Shown: piece by piece, positions 46,602 to 55,491 of the stretch
Numbering within the stretch: position 1 is the first letter of the stretch
How the letters are laid out: the number at the start of each line of letters is the position of its first letter
Virus record (IMG/VR): IMGVR_UViG_2921473944_000001
Coordinates: 1 to 64,000 of that record
Reading direction: 5' to 3' (one strand)
From: a virus
Taxonomy: Duplodnaviria; Caudoviricetes
DNA: 64,000 bases
Notes under the pieces: generated by a model
Databases searched by the model: none
Told to the model about the DNA's origin: nothing
Seen by the model: the letters and a program-made list of their open reading frames with translations, nothing else
Position numbers and translations under genes: made by a program

Positions 46602-47558
46602 TCACTTTCACACCAGACATGTCTTTAATAGCTTCATCGATTATCAATTTAGCTGCTTCCTTCTGACAATCGTTTGATAGAAAATCGAGATTGACATTGA
46701 TATACTCTTTTCTGCAAGTTAAAATTATGCTGATTATTTTGTACATCTCATTTTTCTGATTTACACTAAACGTATCGCATATCATCGGTATAGTCATAAT
46801 ACTCTCCTTTTCTCACGCTTCCTCTAATTCGCCAAATATTTTTTCATAAGCATTAATGTCATATTTAAGTAACATACATTTAGCTGTTTCTTCGTCAATA
46901 ACAAGAGCATCACCTAGTTTAAATACAATAAGCCAGCGTCCCTTTATTGATTTATATAATTTTACATTCACTGAGCGTTCGAATGTACTTAAAGCATACA
47001 TACACTTAGTAGATATACAATCCATTTTATCAGTATCGTATTTCAGACCATTATACACATAAACCATAATAAAATTACTCCTCTACAATATCTTCTATAG
47101 TGATAATACGTGACTGCAGAATATCACTCAAACTTTCATCATGCTCAACTTTATGTTTAGCTACCATGTAATTGCAATAAAATGACGGAGAATGCATAAT
47201 CCCAAGCAACACAAGAAACTTATACAGCTTACTATTAACACACTTCTTATTCCAATGTTTCCATACTTTTAATCTTAATAACATTGTCTTACCCTTTTCT
47301 TTCTACGATCTCCTTATATGCAGTAACATCCCAGTTATTACCATCTCCTGACCAATCTAACAACCATCGAATTTCGTCGATAGTCAATTTCAGAACATAT
47401 TGTTTGATAAATATATGCATAGGTAAATCATTCTGAAAATACCGATAGCGACATCTATATAAAACATCATCTCTAAGATTCGCCATATTTAATTCTGATG
47501 TACTAGGTCTACCACGTTTGCTTTCCATAAACTCATTTCTCCTCTCTAGTAGATACAA
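46585..47558 (-). CDS. Four small hypothetical genes (46585..46797, 46813..47067, 47075..47284, 47289..47558)
   Basis: Consecutive minus-strand ORFs with RBSs; no recognisable domains except a KRGRP motif in the last. Confidence 0.5.
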
Positions 47559-47957
47559 TCACACTAAGTTTACAGTCATAATTACTCCCACGGACCTCCT
47601 TAACTTCAAGACTCCGAAAATCTAAAGCAAGATATTTGAGAGCATATAGTGGTCTAATAGTACCAATAGGATTAAGACGATCGTTGAGATATAAATCTAC
47701 CTCTATATCTGGTCCTGCTACTATCAAAACATCATTAAGCGTCATAATTATTTCTCCTCTCCGTTTATTACCACGACAATAGCGTTAGACGCTTCCGAAG
47801 CTTTGATATTAAGTACCTTAGCCTCAATCGTGTATATATTAAAACATTTAAGTGCATATAAAGGTTTTATAGCACAAATGTAATGTGAATCATCATTCTC
47901 GTACAACTCTATAGTGACCTCAGGATCTGTCACCGTTAAAACATTATCAAGCGTCAT
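47533..47957 (-). CDS. Tandem paralog pair (47533..47745 and 47748..47957)
   Basis: MTLNDVL.V..P...DLY...I.P.YALK vs MTLDNVL.V..P...ELY...IKP.YALK; identical RBS context. Confidence 0.7.
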
Positions 47958-48032
47958 AATTATTTCTCCTCCTTATACTTTCATTACAAAAATAAAAGAG
48001 CCTAAGTCAATCAAGACCTAAGCCCCATCGGT

Positions 48033-48413
48033 TTAGATTTCGTCCAAGATAATTCCCTGTGGTTTGAAGTCTAACAAATATACAAAACTCTCGCCCTGAC
48101 GATATATCGTATAAATATCACCTACAGTCATTCCTTCTTTATAAATCCAACCCACTAACTGTCCATTCTTTGTTCTCGAAAAACCCAGCATATCGTAAGC
48201 TTCGTTCAAGAATAAATATCCTCTAGTCGCCAACAAATCATACATATATTTTCGTTGGTTATTTAAAGTAAACCTATTCATGACGTTGTCTTTCGTCCAT
48301 AACTGGTTATTCTCGTCAAAAAATCTACTATAGTTGTCCTCCTCAAGCTGAATGACTACACTATCAGTACCAACGTTATCGCCAGACATAAGCTCTCTCA
48401 ATTCATTTTTCAT
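48033..48413 (-). CDS. DUF6353-like protein (C-terminal part)
   Basis: 'GYLFLNEAYDMLGF.RT..GQLVGW.Y...LLDF'. Confidence 0.55.
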   Translation of the reverse strand: MKNELRELMSGDNVGTDSVVIQLEEDNYSRFFDENNQLWTKDNVMNRFTLNNQRKYMYDLLATRGYLFLNEAYDMLGFSRTKNGQLVGWIYKEGMTVGDIYTIYRQGESFVYLLDFKPQGIILDEI

Positions 48414-48449
48414 AATTCATTACTCCTTTCGTGACTACAAATCTTTTAC

Positions 48450-48474
48450 CATAACAGAATATGATTTATTCGCG
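48450..48474 (-). promoter_or_regulatory. Phage-specific promoter motif
   Basis: CATAA-N15-TCGCG upstream of ATG 48413. Confidence 0.75.
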
Positions 48475-48663
48475 TCTACCGCGTACGGTTCTTTTATACT
48501 CTTTGCTCATTAGATCAACAAAAATATCAGAGCGAGTACGCCCTGTCTTAGCACTCAACTCTGATAACATAGCTGCCTCTTCATCATTTAACCGAATCCG
48601 AATACCTTTTCGCTTAGCGTTCACTTTTGGCGGTCTACCTCGCTTTTTAATCAAAACTATCAA
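48466..48663 (-). CDS. Ribbon-helix-helix protein with GRP motif
   Basis: 'KRGRPPK...IRIRLNDEE..ML.ELS..TGRTRSDI'. Confidence 0.7.
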   Translation of the reverse strand: MIVLIKKRGRPPKVNAKRKGIRIRLNDEEAAMLSELSAKTGRTRSDIFVDLMSKEYKRTVRGRRE

Positions 48664-49372
48664 CTCTCCTTATCTTCTTCTATTCTACGTCCAGCCCCAT
48701 AGCAATCCTGTAAGTATCTTCTATATACAGCTGCCATATCATCACGAGCTCGTCTCATAGCTTCAGCCATTTGCTTATCATAATAGGTATTCTTCATTGT
48801 CATTTTGTTATGATAGAAATCTATAACAACAGCATCATCCATAAGTGGGTAACTCTCTCCTATAAATATTTCCATATCGCCATAACCAGCATTCGATATC
48901 TGAGCAAGTAAATTACGCAATGAATCAACCGTAAATTGTTTTCCCATAAAGATCAGTCCTCCTCTTCTCTGCATACTGGACTATCAATATCCCTTTTCTT
49001 GTAGACGTCACCTGTGGAGTTAACCCCATAGTTAGTTTCTTCATGACAACGCTTTAAGAACTCTGCTTTTTCATCAGTATTAAGGTCGTAGATTCGATTA
49101 AGAAAGTCATCTGTAGGCATATCGATACGCTTGTGTATAAACATATAATTTTGAAGCCTATCCTCACGAATAAGCGGCTCGTTGGATATATGTAAGAAAT
49201 CAAAAAGTTCATGTACGCAATCGTTGCACAGATCGAAACATCTACCTGTAATGTTCCTATATGCACTATCTAGTTTAATATAGTCGACGGTCTCACCTTC
49301 ATAGCGCAACGATGTGTTTTTATTCCTAATATAATATTTACCACATCTATCGCATTTCTTAGCATCACTCAT
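48660..49372 (-). CDS. Two hypothetical genes (48660..48974; 48953..49372 with CDRC/LCNDC Zn motif)
   Basis: Consecutive ORFs in an operon. Confidence 0.55.
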
Positions 49373-49418
49373 AATTCTTTACCTCCTAAAATTAATACAA
49401 AAGAAAAGAGACCCTAAA

Positions 49419-49640
49419 TTAGAGTCTCACCTCGCGCATCTGCTTAGCGATTTTTAATTTGCGTCGCCTTTCTTTTTCGATTTTTACCTGAATCTGATAT
49501 ACTTTATATGATACAAACATAATGACAAATTCCATGACCATAATATCTTTCGGTACATCAATGCCAAATAAGCATAATATAAGTCCTAATATCATAAGCA
49601 CCATCATTGCCATTGTTGTTATATCCATTAATTTTTTCAT
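49419..49640 (-). CDS. Hypothetical membrane protein
   Basis: Start MKKLMD after GGAGG; two hydrophobic segments. Confidence 0.6.
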   Translation of the reverse strand: MKKLMDITTMAMMVLMILGLILCLFGIDVPKDIMVMEFVIMFVSYKVYQIQVKIEKERRRKLKIAKQMREVRL

Positions 49641-49663
49641 AATCAATACCTCCTTAATCTTTC

Positions 49664-49688
49664 TATAACAGCCCAAGAAAGATTCGCG
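49664..49688 (-). promoter_or_regulatory. Phage-specific promoter motif
   Basis: TATAA-N15-TCGCG upstream of ATG 49640. Confidence 0.75.
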
Positions 49689-49758
49689 AATTAATGTGCC
49701 TATTTTCAGCTTTCGCATTTACTGTATACACAATAAATATAAAAAGAAGAGCCTAACA

Positions 49759-49965
49759 TTAAGTCAAGCTCATCATTTTCTCAAGCTGAGGAGCGATTTG
49801 TTTATATAACCCTTCGCTCATCAAATATTCGTTACACTCGGTACCAAATACATCACTCCGCCTACACATTACACTAGTCGGATTAACACCAACACTCTGT
49901 AAAATATTTATAAAGCCCTGCTCTGTTTTTGTACCAGGTTTCACTATAAATTTTCTGATCCCCAT
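49759..49965 (-). CDS. Hypothetical protein
   Basis: Start MGIRKF after GGAGG. Confidence 0.6.
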   Translation of the reverse strand: MGIRKFIVKPGTKTEQGFINILQSVGVNPTSVMCRRSDVFGTECNEYLMSEGLYKQIAPQLEKMMSLT

Positions 49966-49991
49966 AAATATCAATCCTCCTTTTACTTTTC

Positions 49992-50016
49992 TATAAGAGG
50001 ACCAGAATATATCGCG
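49992..50016 (-). promoter_or_regulatory. Phage-specific promoter motif
   Basis: TATAA-N15-TCGCG upstream of ATG 49965. Confidence 0.75.
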
Positions 50017-50443
50017 AATCATTTATCCGGTTTCCACTCCATTGGTTTATGCGAAATTTCACCCAATGGTTCACGGATACACCCAAGACATGGTCTCTTA
50101 TCAGCAGGCATCCAATAATACTTACACGTCTTGCAGTACAATCCGAAATATAATTCTTTTACATCATTCTCCACCAGAACTCATCTCCTGTTCCGTATAA
50201 TTGCGATGAAGTAATGCAATCTTAAAAGCAACATAATCTCGAGAATTCTCATCTGGTAAATATCCAGCTAATAATCCTTTTACCTCTGCTTCGAATTTTG
50301 TATCCAATTCTTCTTTTGTTTCTGACATGCTCATTTTGTCTCTCCTTTTTTCTAGGTCTTAACACATGCTCGTAGTTATATGTGTCTCGACCATACCAAT
50401 TTTCTTCATACATCATATATCACGTCTCGCTCATGTAATAATA

Positions 50444-50478
50444 AAAAATCCCACAAGCCTATAACAGACTCATGGGAA
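50444..50478 (-). terminator. Terminator closing the toxin-immunity operon
   Basis: TCCCATGAGTCT-GTTAT-AGGCTTGTGGGA followed by TTTTTT. Confidence 0.75.
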
Positions 50479-50487
50479 CACCACTAA

Positions 50488-50712
50488 TTAAATACTGTAA
50501 ACACTTATTATCTCAGTTGCTTTAAATTCAATCGGATTGATGAACTTTTTACCATCGTCAAGTCTGAGAAGATCGGTAAGAATAATCGCTTCGATTTCTT
50601 CCGGTACATTATCCTCAGCATCGATATATTCGTCTACAATACCTTCGTATGTAATATCATCAATGTCAACGATTCTTACCTTTGAACCTACTAGCTTTTT
50701 TAAATTAATCAT
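50488..50712 (-). CDS. Putative (orphan) toxin immunity protein
   Basis: Small acidic beta protein 'LVGSKVRIVDID...YEG.V..Y.D..DN..E..EAI...IEF...EI.S'; resembles immunity proteins found after MuF-type phage toxins. Confidence 0.5.
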   Translation of the reverse strand: MINLKKLVGSKVRIVDIDDITYEGIVDEYIDAEDNVPEEIEAIILTDLLRLDDGKKFINPIEFKATEIISVYSI

Positions 50713-50720
50713 ATGCACGT

Positions 50721-50888
50721 CTACCTCAACACTTTTGAAATATCACCATCTCGTATTGTTATAGTATCCCAATCAGGTCCTGGTAGTTCAACATCAATTA
50801 AATATGCTACCCCAGGTTCTAATATTTCAACTACAACACCGTGACGTCCGTCTTTTAGAATTACTTTATCATATAATTTTACAATCAT
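50721..50888 (-). CDS. Putative cognate immunity protein (DUF4926-like), 55 aa, absent from the ORF track
   Basis: MIVKLYDKVILKDGRHGVVVEILEPGVAYLIDVELPGPDWDTITIRDGDISKVLR; ATGA overlap with the toxin stop; RBS GAGGTG. Confidence 0.7.
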   Translation of the reverse strand: MIVKLYDKVILKDGRHGVVVEILEPGVAYLIDVELPGPDWDTITIRDGDISKVLR

Positions 50889-51862
50889 TTCGACACCTCT
50901 TTCTTTGTTACATAAGCACTCGTTAATTTTACACTAGCTCCGTTCTTTTCTTGAATCCAAGCAGTGCATACGTTTGCCGTTTTTCCATTTGGACCGTTTA
51001 AATTCATCACCTGCTGATACCGCATTCCATACCCGTCATCACCTTTTTCTTCCAATTTACGTGAATCGAAATTATCAGAAATATTAGCCATGAGATCTTT
51101 ATAATTATCTAATGTATATCCTAAAGCCACCTCGAACGCGTGTGCTTTGTCTGGTGCTTTATTTGGATTCAAAGCATATTGTGTAAACTTTTCTTCTGCC
51201 ATATTGACCCTTTTAATTTTAGTGATCCTATCCGACGAACTATTTGTGTTTAAAATCACCTCATTATGATCAATAGGATAAGGTGGTCCGTTCTTTACAC
51301 CCCACTTCATTCCTTTTACACCACTATGCTCGATATCTTTGTCGTTGTCAAGTTCATTTAACACTTTTCTAATATTCTCCAAAATAAACTCAACAGACTT
51401 TCTGGTCTTTCTGCTCAATTTCATATATGGACCATTTTTATCATACCAGTCAAATATCTCATACAAATTTTCAGATCGCCAACTGAATGACCACCAATCA
51501 CAAATCATTTCGAGAATATAGTTTTCTGGCATATCTATGATCGTCTCAGCTTCGTCCGGATCGTCATGATTCAGAATCCAATACTGCCAGTGATGAGGGT
51601 TACGATGAATATGAAGCAGCCAAGCATATTCATAATCCTGAATAACCTGATATGATCTATTCTTACCATAGAAATATTCATCATACGGCTCGTACTCATC
51701 TTCATTATTTTTACTACGATCATGATCAAAACAAATCTGCTGCGTTAATCTCAACTCCTGATCGACTGGCACAAGAGAAGGTATTCTATCATGAATGAAC
51801 TTAAACGCTTTCTTCACGCCATCTCTATGATCCTGCAAATATAAATCATACTCTCTGCTCAT
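50885..51862 (-). CDS. DUF5662 (HD-like) domain - internal HSGVKGMKWG tag - DUF6883-like (BECR-fold) RNase toxin fusion
   Basis: N-part: 'HDRSK...WLLHIHRNPHHWQYW...EMICDW'. Tag at H179. C-part: 'KFTQYALNP..APDKA.AF..ALGY...YG.RY...GPNGKTA.V.TAWI...LTSAYV'. Confidence 0.7.
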   Translation of the reverse strand: MSREYDLYLQDHRDGVKKAFKFIHDRIPSLVPVDQELRLTQQICFDHDRSKNNEDEYEPYDEYFYGKNRSYQVIQDYEYAWLLHIHRNPHHWQYWILNHDDPDEAETIIDMPENYILEMICDWWSFSWRSENLYEIFDWYDKNGPYMKLSRKTRKSVEFILENIRKVLNELDNDKDIEHSGVKGMKWGVKNGPPYPIDHNEVILNTNSSSDRITKIKRVNMAEEKFTQYALNPNKAPDKAHAFEVALGYTLDNYKDLMANISDNFDSRKLEEKGDDGYGMRYQQVMNLNGPNGKTANVCTAWIQEKNGASVKLTSAYVTKKEVSK

Positions 51863-52217
51863 TTAACATCTTCTCCCTTTTCTCTTTAGCTTCTGCGTGC
51901 TTTAAGTTATCATCTTCTCTCTTCAATTTCACTTCAACAGCACGTAACACATCACTTTCGCTAATATGAAAAATGGACTTAAGGAATTCGAGACAAATAT
52001 ATGCATCCGCTATCTCTTCCAAAAGTCCAATCTTATCGTCATAGCCACGAATATGTTTGCTTACTTCCTGCTGCAGTTCTGCAAATTCTTCCATCGCAAT
52101 AGTACATTTAGTTTTCCAATTACAACTCTTTAGACTTCTTCCAATAATATTCTTACGCTGCTTCTTGGAATAATGAGGAGCGTCTTTCAGCCCATTTACA
52201 AATCTTTCCCTATTCAT
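51846..52217 (-). CDS. MazG-like nucleotide pyrophosphohydrolase
   Basis: 'AMEEFAELQQEVSK...LLEEIADAYI'. Confidence 0.8.
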   Translation of the reverse strand: MNRERFVNGLKDAPHYSKKQRKNIIGRSLKSCNWKTKCTIAMEEFAELQQEVSKHIRGYDDKIGLLEEIADAYICLEFLKSIFHISESDVLRAVEVKLKREDDNLKHAEAKEKREKMLNEQRV

Positions 52218-52962
52218 TTCTTATCTCCTGTCTTTTTATTATTTCTTTATATTCTTCTACCCATTCGTCCGGTATTGGCTCATCAACCAATGCGTAACGA
52301 CGCATAGCTTCGAAAAGACTATCTTTTCTGTAATTATCACACATGAATTCCCATAAAACTCTAGGTATCACCCCTAATGGTGGTTTTGTTACACTCATCT
52401 CATATCTCCTTTAAACTTGCTCCAAATATAACACCATGGTAGTTTTTTCCAAGCTACCACATCATACCGCTCACAGTAAATATCAGTGAATACACGGTAA
52501 TCCTCGATCGGTGCTTTACCAGACTCATACACTTTGTACCCGTCAAACACAGTCTGTCTTGTATCATTAATCCATCTCCGATCCCATTTACGAAAATATA
52601 AGTACAGGACTTTCGGCTCGTTCACTCCATACCCGTCCTGTACAGTACAAAGATACCAACCGTCTTTTCTTGGTTTGAAGAAACAGTATGGTCTCCAAAA
52701 GTTAAATATCAATGTTCTTACCTCCAATCAGTATATTAATCGTATTTAATACAGATTCTTCGTTCCATATAGCTACTACACGGTTACATAATAGCTCATC
52801 AGACAGCGAACCTATAAGATAACCTTGCGCGATACACATGATTTCATCGCCATCCTCATTTATCAGTCTGACATCATTTGCATTAATAAGTGGTAAGATA
52901 TCACGCAGTAGTATATCTGTGACGATCTTAAGCCCTGTTTTTGTACATTCAATATAACTCAT
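52210..52962 (-). CDS. Three small hypothetical genes (52210..52398, 52395..52727, 52702..52962)
   Basis: Overlapping, translationally coupled ORFs. Confidence 0.5.
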
Positions 52963-52974
52963 CGTTCCCCTCTT

Positions 52975-53250
52975 CTAATCGAATTCGTAGTCTTCTGATT
53001 CATTTTGGTAAATCATGATCTTGATTGGCTTGCCATTGCTACCGTCACTCTCAATGTGAATGATACCATTGAATTGCAAATAGTTATTGCCATCCGGATC
53101 GACCATTGTAAGACTCCCATCTTCTCTTTTATCTGACACTGAAATATTAATCGGCTCCAATGATTCTGCTTTCTTTTCACTTCCACTGCAGCCTGCCAAT
53201 CCAAGCGTAGCTGTAAATATAAATAATCCTGCTATAAACTTAGTCTTCAT
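52975..53250 (-). CDS. Small lipoprotein
   Basis: Signal peptide with lipobox LAG-C. Confidence 0.7.
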   Translation of the reverse strand: MKTKFIAGLFIFTATLGLAGCSGSEKKAESLEPINISVSDKREDGSLTMVDPDGNNYLQFNGIIHIESDGSNGKPIKIMIYQNESEDYEFD

Positions 53251-53400
53251 TCTCCTACTCCCTTTAAACATTTGATATAATATCAGTACGGTCTTCAAAA
53301 GTTAAATATCAATCCTATAACCTACTTTTTAAAATAAAAGAGAAAAGACCCAGCTAAATTTAGCCGAGCCCTTACTCTAATTAGCGACTATAATCAAATA

Positions 53401-53589
53401 TCAATCACCCGTATAGTTCCACAAGTTTCCATAAAATTCTCGTGCTCCCTTATATTAGTCGTCGGTAATCAATCCATCATCCCTCGCTTTACCGAAAGCT
53501 TCTGCAAACGACATCTGCACAGGATAAGGATTATACATACCTTCGAATTTGTTATAAAGCTCGTTCCATTCCATTCTTGTCTTTGTCAT
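53401..53589 (-). pseudogene. Small gene with premature in-frame TAA (53455-53457)
   Basis: MTKTRMEWNELY...ITDD-TAA-YKGAREFYGNLWNYTGD*; has its own RBS, promoter motif and terminator. Confidence 0.6.
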
Positions 53590-53616
53590 ACTTTTAATCT
53601 CCTTTCTTACTATTAG

Positions 53617-53641
53617 TCATAAAGGAACAGTTTTTATCGCG
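53617..53641 (-). promoter_or_regulatory. Phage-specific promoter motif (1-nt variant)
   Basis: CATAA-N14-TCGCG; near-identical to 54255-54279. Confidence 0.6.
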
Positions 53642-53709
53642 TAAAAAGAAAAAGACCCAGATGTCACTCTGAGTCCATCCTCTTAATTATTTATAATATC
53701 CAATAAGTT

Positions 53710-53877
53710 TCAACAAGTTTCAAACATATCTATTACCTGCCTATGTGTTAAGTACCCATAATAAGCACATATTTTATAAACGAAATCAGATCGTCTATTA
53801 AATTCTGTCATATCATAATGATACTTTATCGCATTTAAACTATATAAATAGCTTTTAACTTCTTGCATTGCTATCAT
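53710..53877 (-). CDS. Hypothetical 55-aa protein, absent from the ORF track
   Basis: ATG 53877 with RBS GGGGTG; own promoter motif and terminator. Confidence 0.55.
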   Translation of the reverse strand: MIAMQEVKSYLYSLNAIKYHYDMTEFNRRSDFVYKICAYYGYLTHRQVIDMFETC

Positions 53878-53893
53878 ATAAATCACCCCTTTC

Positions 53894-53918
53894 TATAATA
53901 GGAGCTGTAATGTTCGCG
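53894..53918 (-). promoter_or_regulatory. Phage-specific promoter motif
   Basis: TATAA-N15-TCGCG. Confidence 0.75.
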
Positions 53919-53941
53919 TAGAAAGAGGAAAGACCCAGACG

Positions 53942-54238
53942 TTACTCTGAGTCTTTTAGTATTTCGATGATGTTTTCTAGGTCCACAATTTCTTGCTTCA
54001 TCCGTTCTAACTGCACTTCTAGCGAATGTAATTTAGTGTTCAAGTCTAAGTTATCGCCACACGATTTCTTATATTTGGGATGTTCGTTCATGAATATATT
54101 CAAATTATACTCCTGAATAATATACCCATCTTTTTTAGAATTCTTGTCTGCTTTAAGCGCCCCATTTCTACACCATCTTCGTACTTGCTCTTCCGTTACA
54201 TTTAGAAAACACGCAATATCTTTTACTTTGTAAACCAT
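53942..54238 (-). CDS. HTH (excisionase-like) protein with C-terminal coiled coil
   Basis: 'YKVKDIACFLNVTEEQVRRWCRNGALKA'. Confidence 0.75.
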   Translation of the reverse strand: MVYKVKDIACFLNVTEEQVRRWCRNGALKADKNSKKDGYIIQEYNLNIFMNEHPKYKKSCGDNLDLNTKLHSLEVQLERMKQEIVDLENIIEILKDSE

Positions 54239-54254
54239 AAAATATCACTCCTTT

Positions 54255-54279
54255 CATTAAAGGAACAGTTTTTATCGCG
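54255..54279 (-). promoter_or_regulatory. Phage-specific promoter motif
   Basis: CATTA-N15-TCGCG. Confidence 0.7.
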
Positions 54280-54300
54280 TAGAAAGAAAAGGTCTAGTTA

Positions 54301-54510
54301 TTAGACCAGTTCTTCCAATTGTTTAATTGCCCTCTCATACCGTCTGGTGAACTCACCAAATGTGAGAGTATCAGCCTCCGTATTAATAAGCTCATAATAC
54401 TCGAGAGCGTCCTCTGCGAACGAGATAATATCTAATACCCGATCATCACAGTGTTCAGCCAACTCTCTGTACTCACGACTTATTTTCTCTACGTCTTCAA
54501 TACTTAACAT
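54301..54510 (-). CDS. Hypothetical acidic protein
   Basis: Own promoter motif and terminator. Confidence 0.6.
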   Translation of the reverse strand: MLSIEDVEKISREYRELAEHCDDRVLDIISFAEDALEYYELINTEADTLTFGEFTRRYERAIKQLEELV

Positions 54511-54528
54511 AATAGTTCACCTTCCTTT

Positions 54529-54553
54529 CATAATAGGAGTTGTAATGTTCGCG
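54529..54553 (-). promoter_or_regulatory. Phage-specific promoter motif
   Basis: CATAA-N15-TCGCG. Confidence 0.75.
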
Positions 54554-54554
54554 T

Positions 54555-54746
54555 CTACTTCAGTTCATTAGTTTTCTTAATGCATTTAGCCGCATTCTTA
54601 CAAATATGATAGTGCTCACAACTTACTCGAATATCCTTAACCTCGTTGGACAAAAATACATTGCATTCAGCGATGACCGGTTTAATCTTAGTACAGTGAT
54701 CACAAACCCCTTCCAGAAAGCATCCGTCGAGTTTAATATTAGTCAT
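54555..54746 (-). CDS. Small Cys-rich protein
   Basis: CxxC...CEH...C. Confidence 0.5.
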   Translation of the reverse strand: MTNIKLDGCFLEGVCDHCTKIKPVIAECNVFLSNEVKDIRVSCEHYHICKNAAKCIKKTNELK

Positions 54747-55491
54747 TTGGTTTCTCCTCTCCTATAATCAATTCAGAATATGGCAGTGACTCAATCCACT
54801 TACAGAACTCGCACCATTCATCCAACTTATGATTCTTCCTGCTGTAATACATATTAGCCAGAACCTCATAGTTTAACATAACATTACGAGTCTGGTTATA
54901 GCTGCTCGGAAGAAGCTGAATCATCTGCCACCAGCATTCTTTTTTAGTCGGAATGTAAGTGTCGTTCCAACCACTGTTAGCAAAGTATAAATTTCGTTCC
55001 CCGTCTGATTTACAGTTGAAAGCATCTCTCCAGAAATTTAATTCGCGAATACTTTCATTGAATAATTTCATTGTGCTTTTTGTTAAATGATCACAACTAA
55101 AATCATCTACTGTAAACTCTTTCGCCTGAATCTTATGCATAGTACTGCAAGAGTTCGCAACAGTACCAACCTTATACGTATCAAATTCTTTCCACCAATA
55201 TAACGGCGCCGTAATTCTCACATACACCGGCATCATCCTCATGAACTTTCTATGATCTGTACCCGCTTTTGCTAACCGCTGCATGAGCGAGTGGTCGTTT
55301 TCGCCTAATACATATCTTTGAGTATTACCACACCATTCAGGGCTAAATGCACAATGACCTGAACACAAACCGGAATCGCAACCATAACCACTGTTGCTCT
55401 TCTCCCAGCTATTCATCGGATTACGCATTCCTTCAATAATAAATTCCATCTGCTCCGGACTTGCCAGAACTACATTTTCTAATTTAATCAT
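54739..55491 (-). CDS. ThyX-like (flavin-dependent thymidylate synthase-like) protein
   Basis: 'DHRKFMR...VRITAP...WKEFDTYK...NSCSTMH...QLLPSSYNQTR..MLNYE.L...R..HKL.EW..FC' follows the ThyX fold but the signature is divergent. Confidence 0.65.
   Translation of the reverse strand: MIKLENVVLASPEQMEFIIEGMRNPMNSWEKSNSGYGCDSGLCSGHCAFSPEWCGNTQRYVLGENDHSLMQRLAKAGTDHRKFMRMMPVYVRITAPLYWWKEFDTYKVGTVANSCSTMHKIQAKEFTVDDFSCDHLTKSTMKLFNESIRELNFWRDAFNCKSDGERNLYFANSGWNDTYIPTKKECWWQMIQLLPSSYNQTRNVMLNYEVLANMYYSRKNHKLDEWCEFCKWIESLPYSELIIGEEKPND

Noticed and set aside
40663-50022. N-terminal extensions of ORFs 40468..40755, 49419..49718 and 49759..50022 ('IRE..GCYRK', 'IRDIFWSSYRK')
   Set aside because: They are translations of the shared promoter motif, not a conserved peptide. 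The true starts follow downstream GGAGG RBSs.
24735-53589. Genome-wide stop-codon reassignment (code 15 or 4)
   Set aside because: The two in-frame stops differ (TAG and TAA), long genes are intact in code 11, TAG and TGA terminate coupled genes, and there is no suppressor tRNA.
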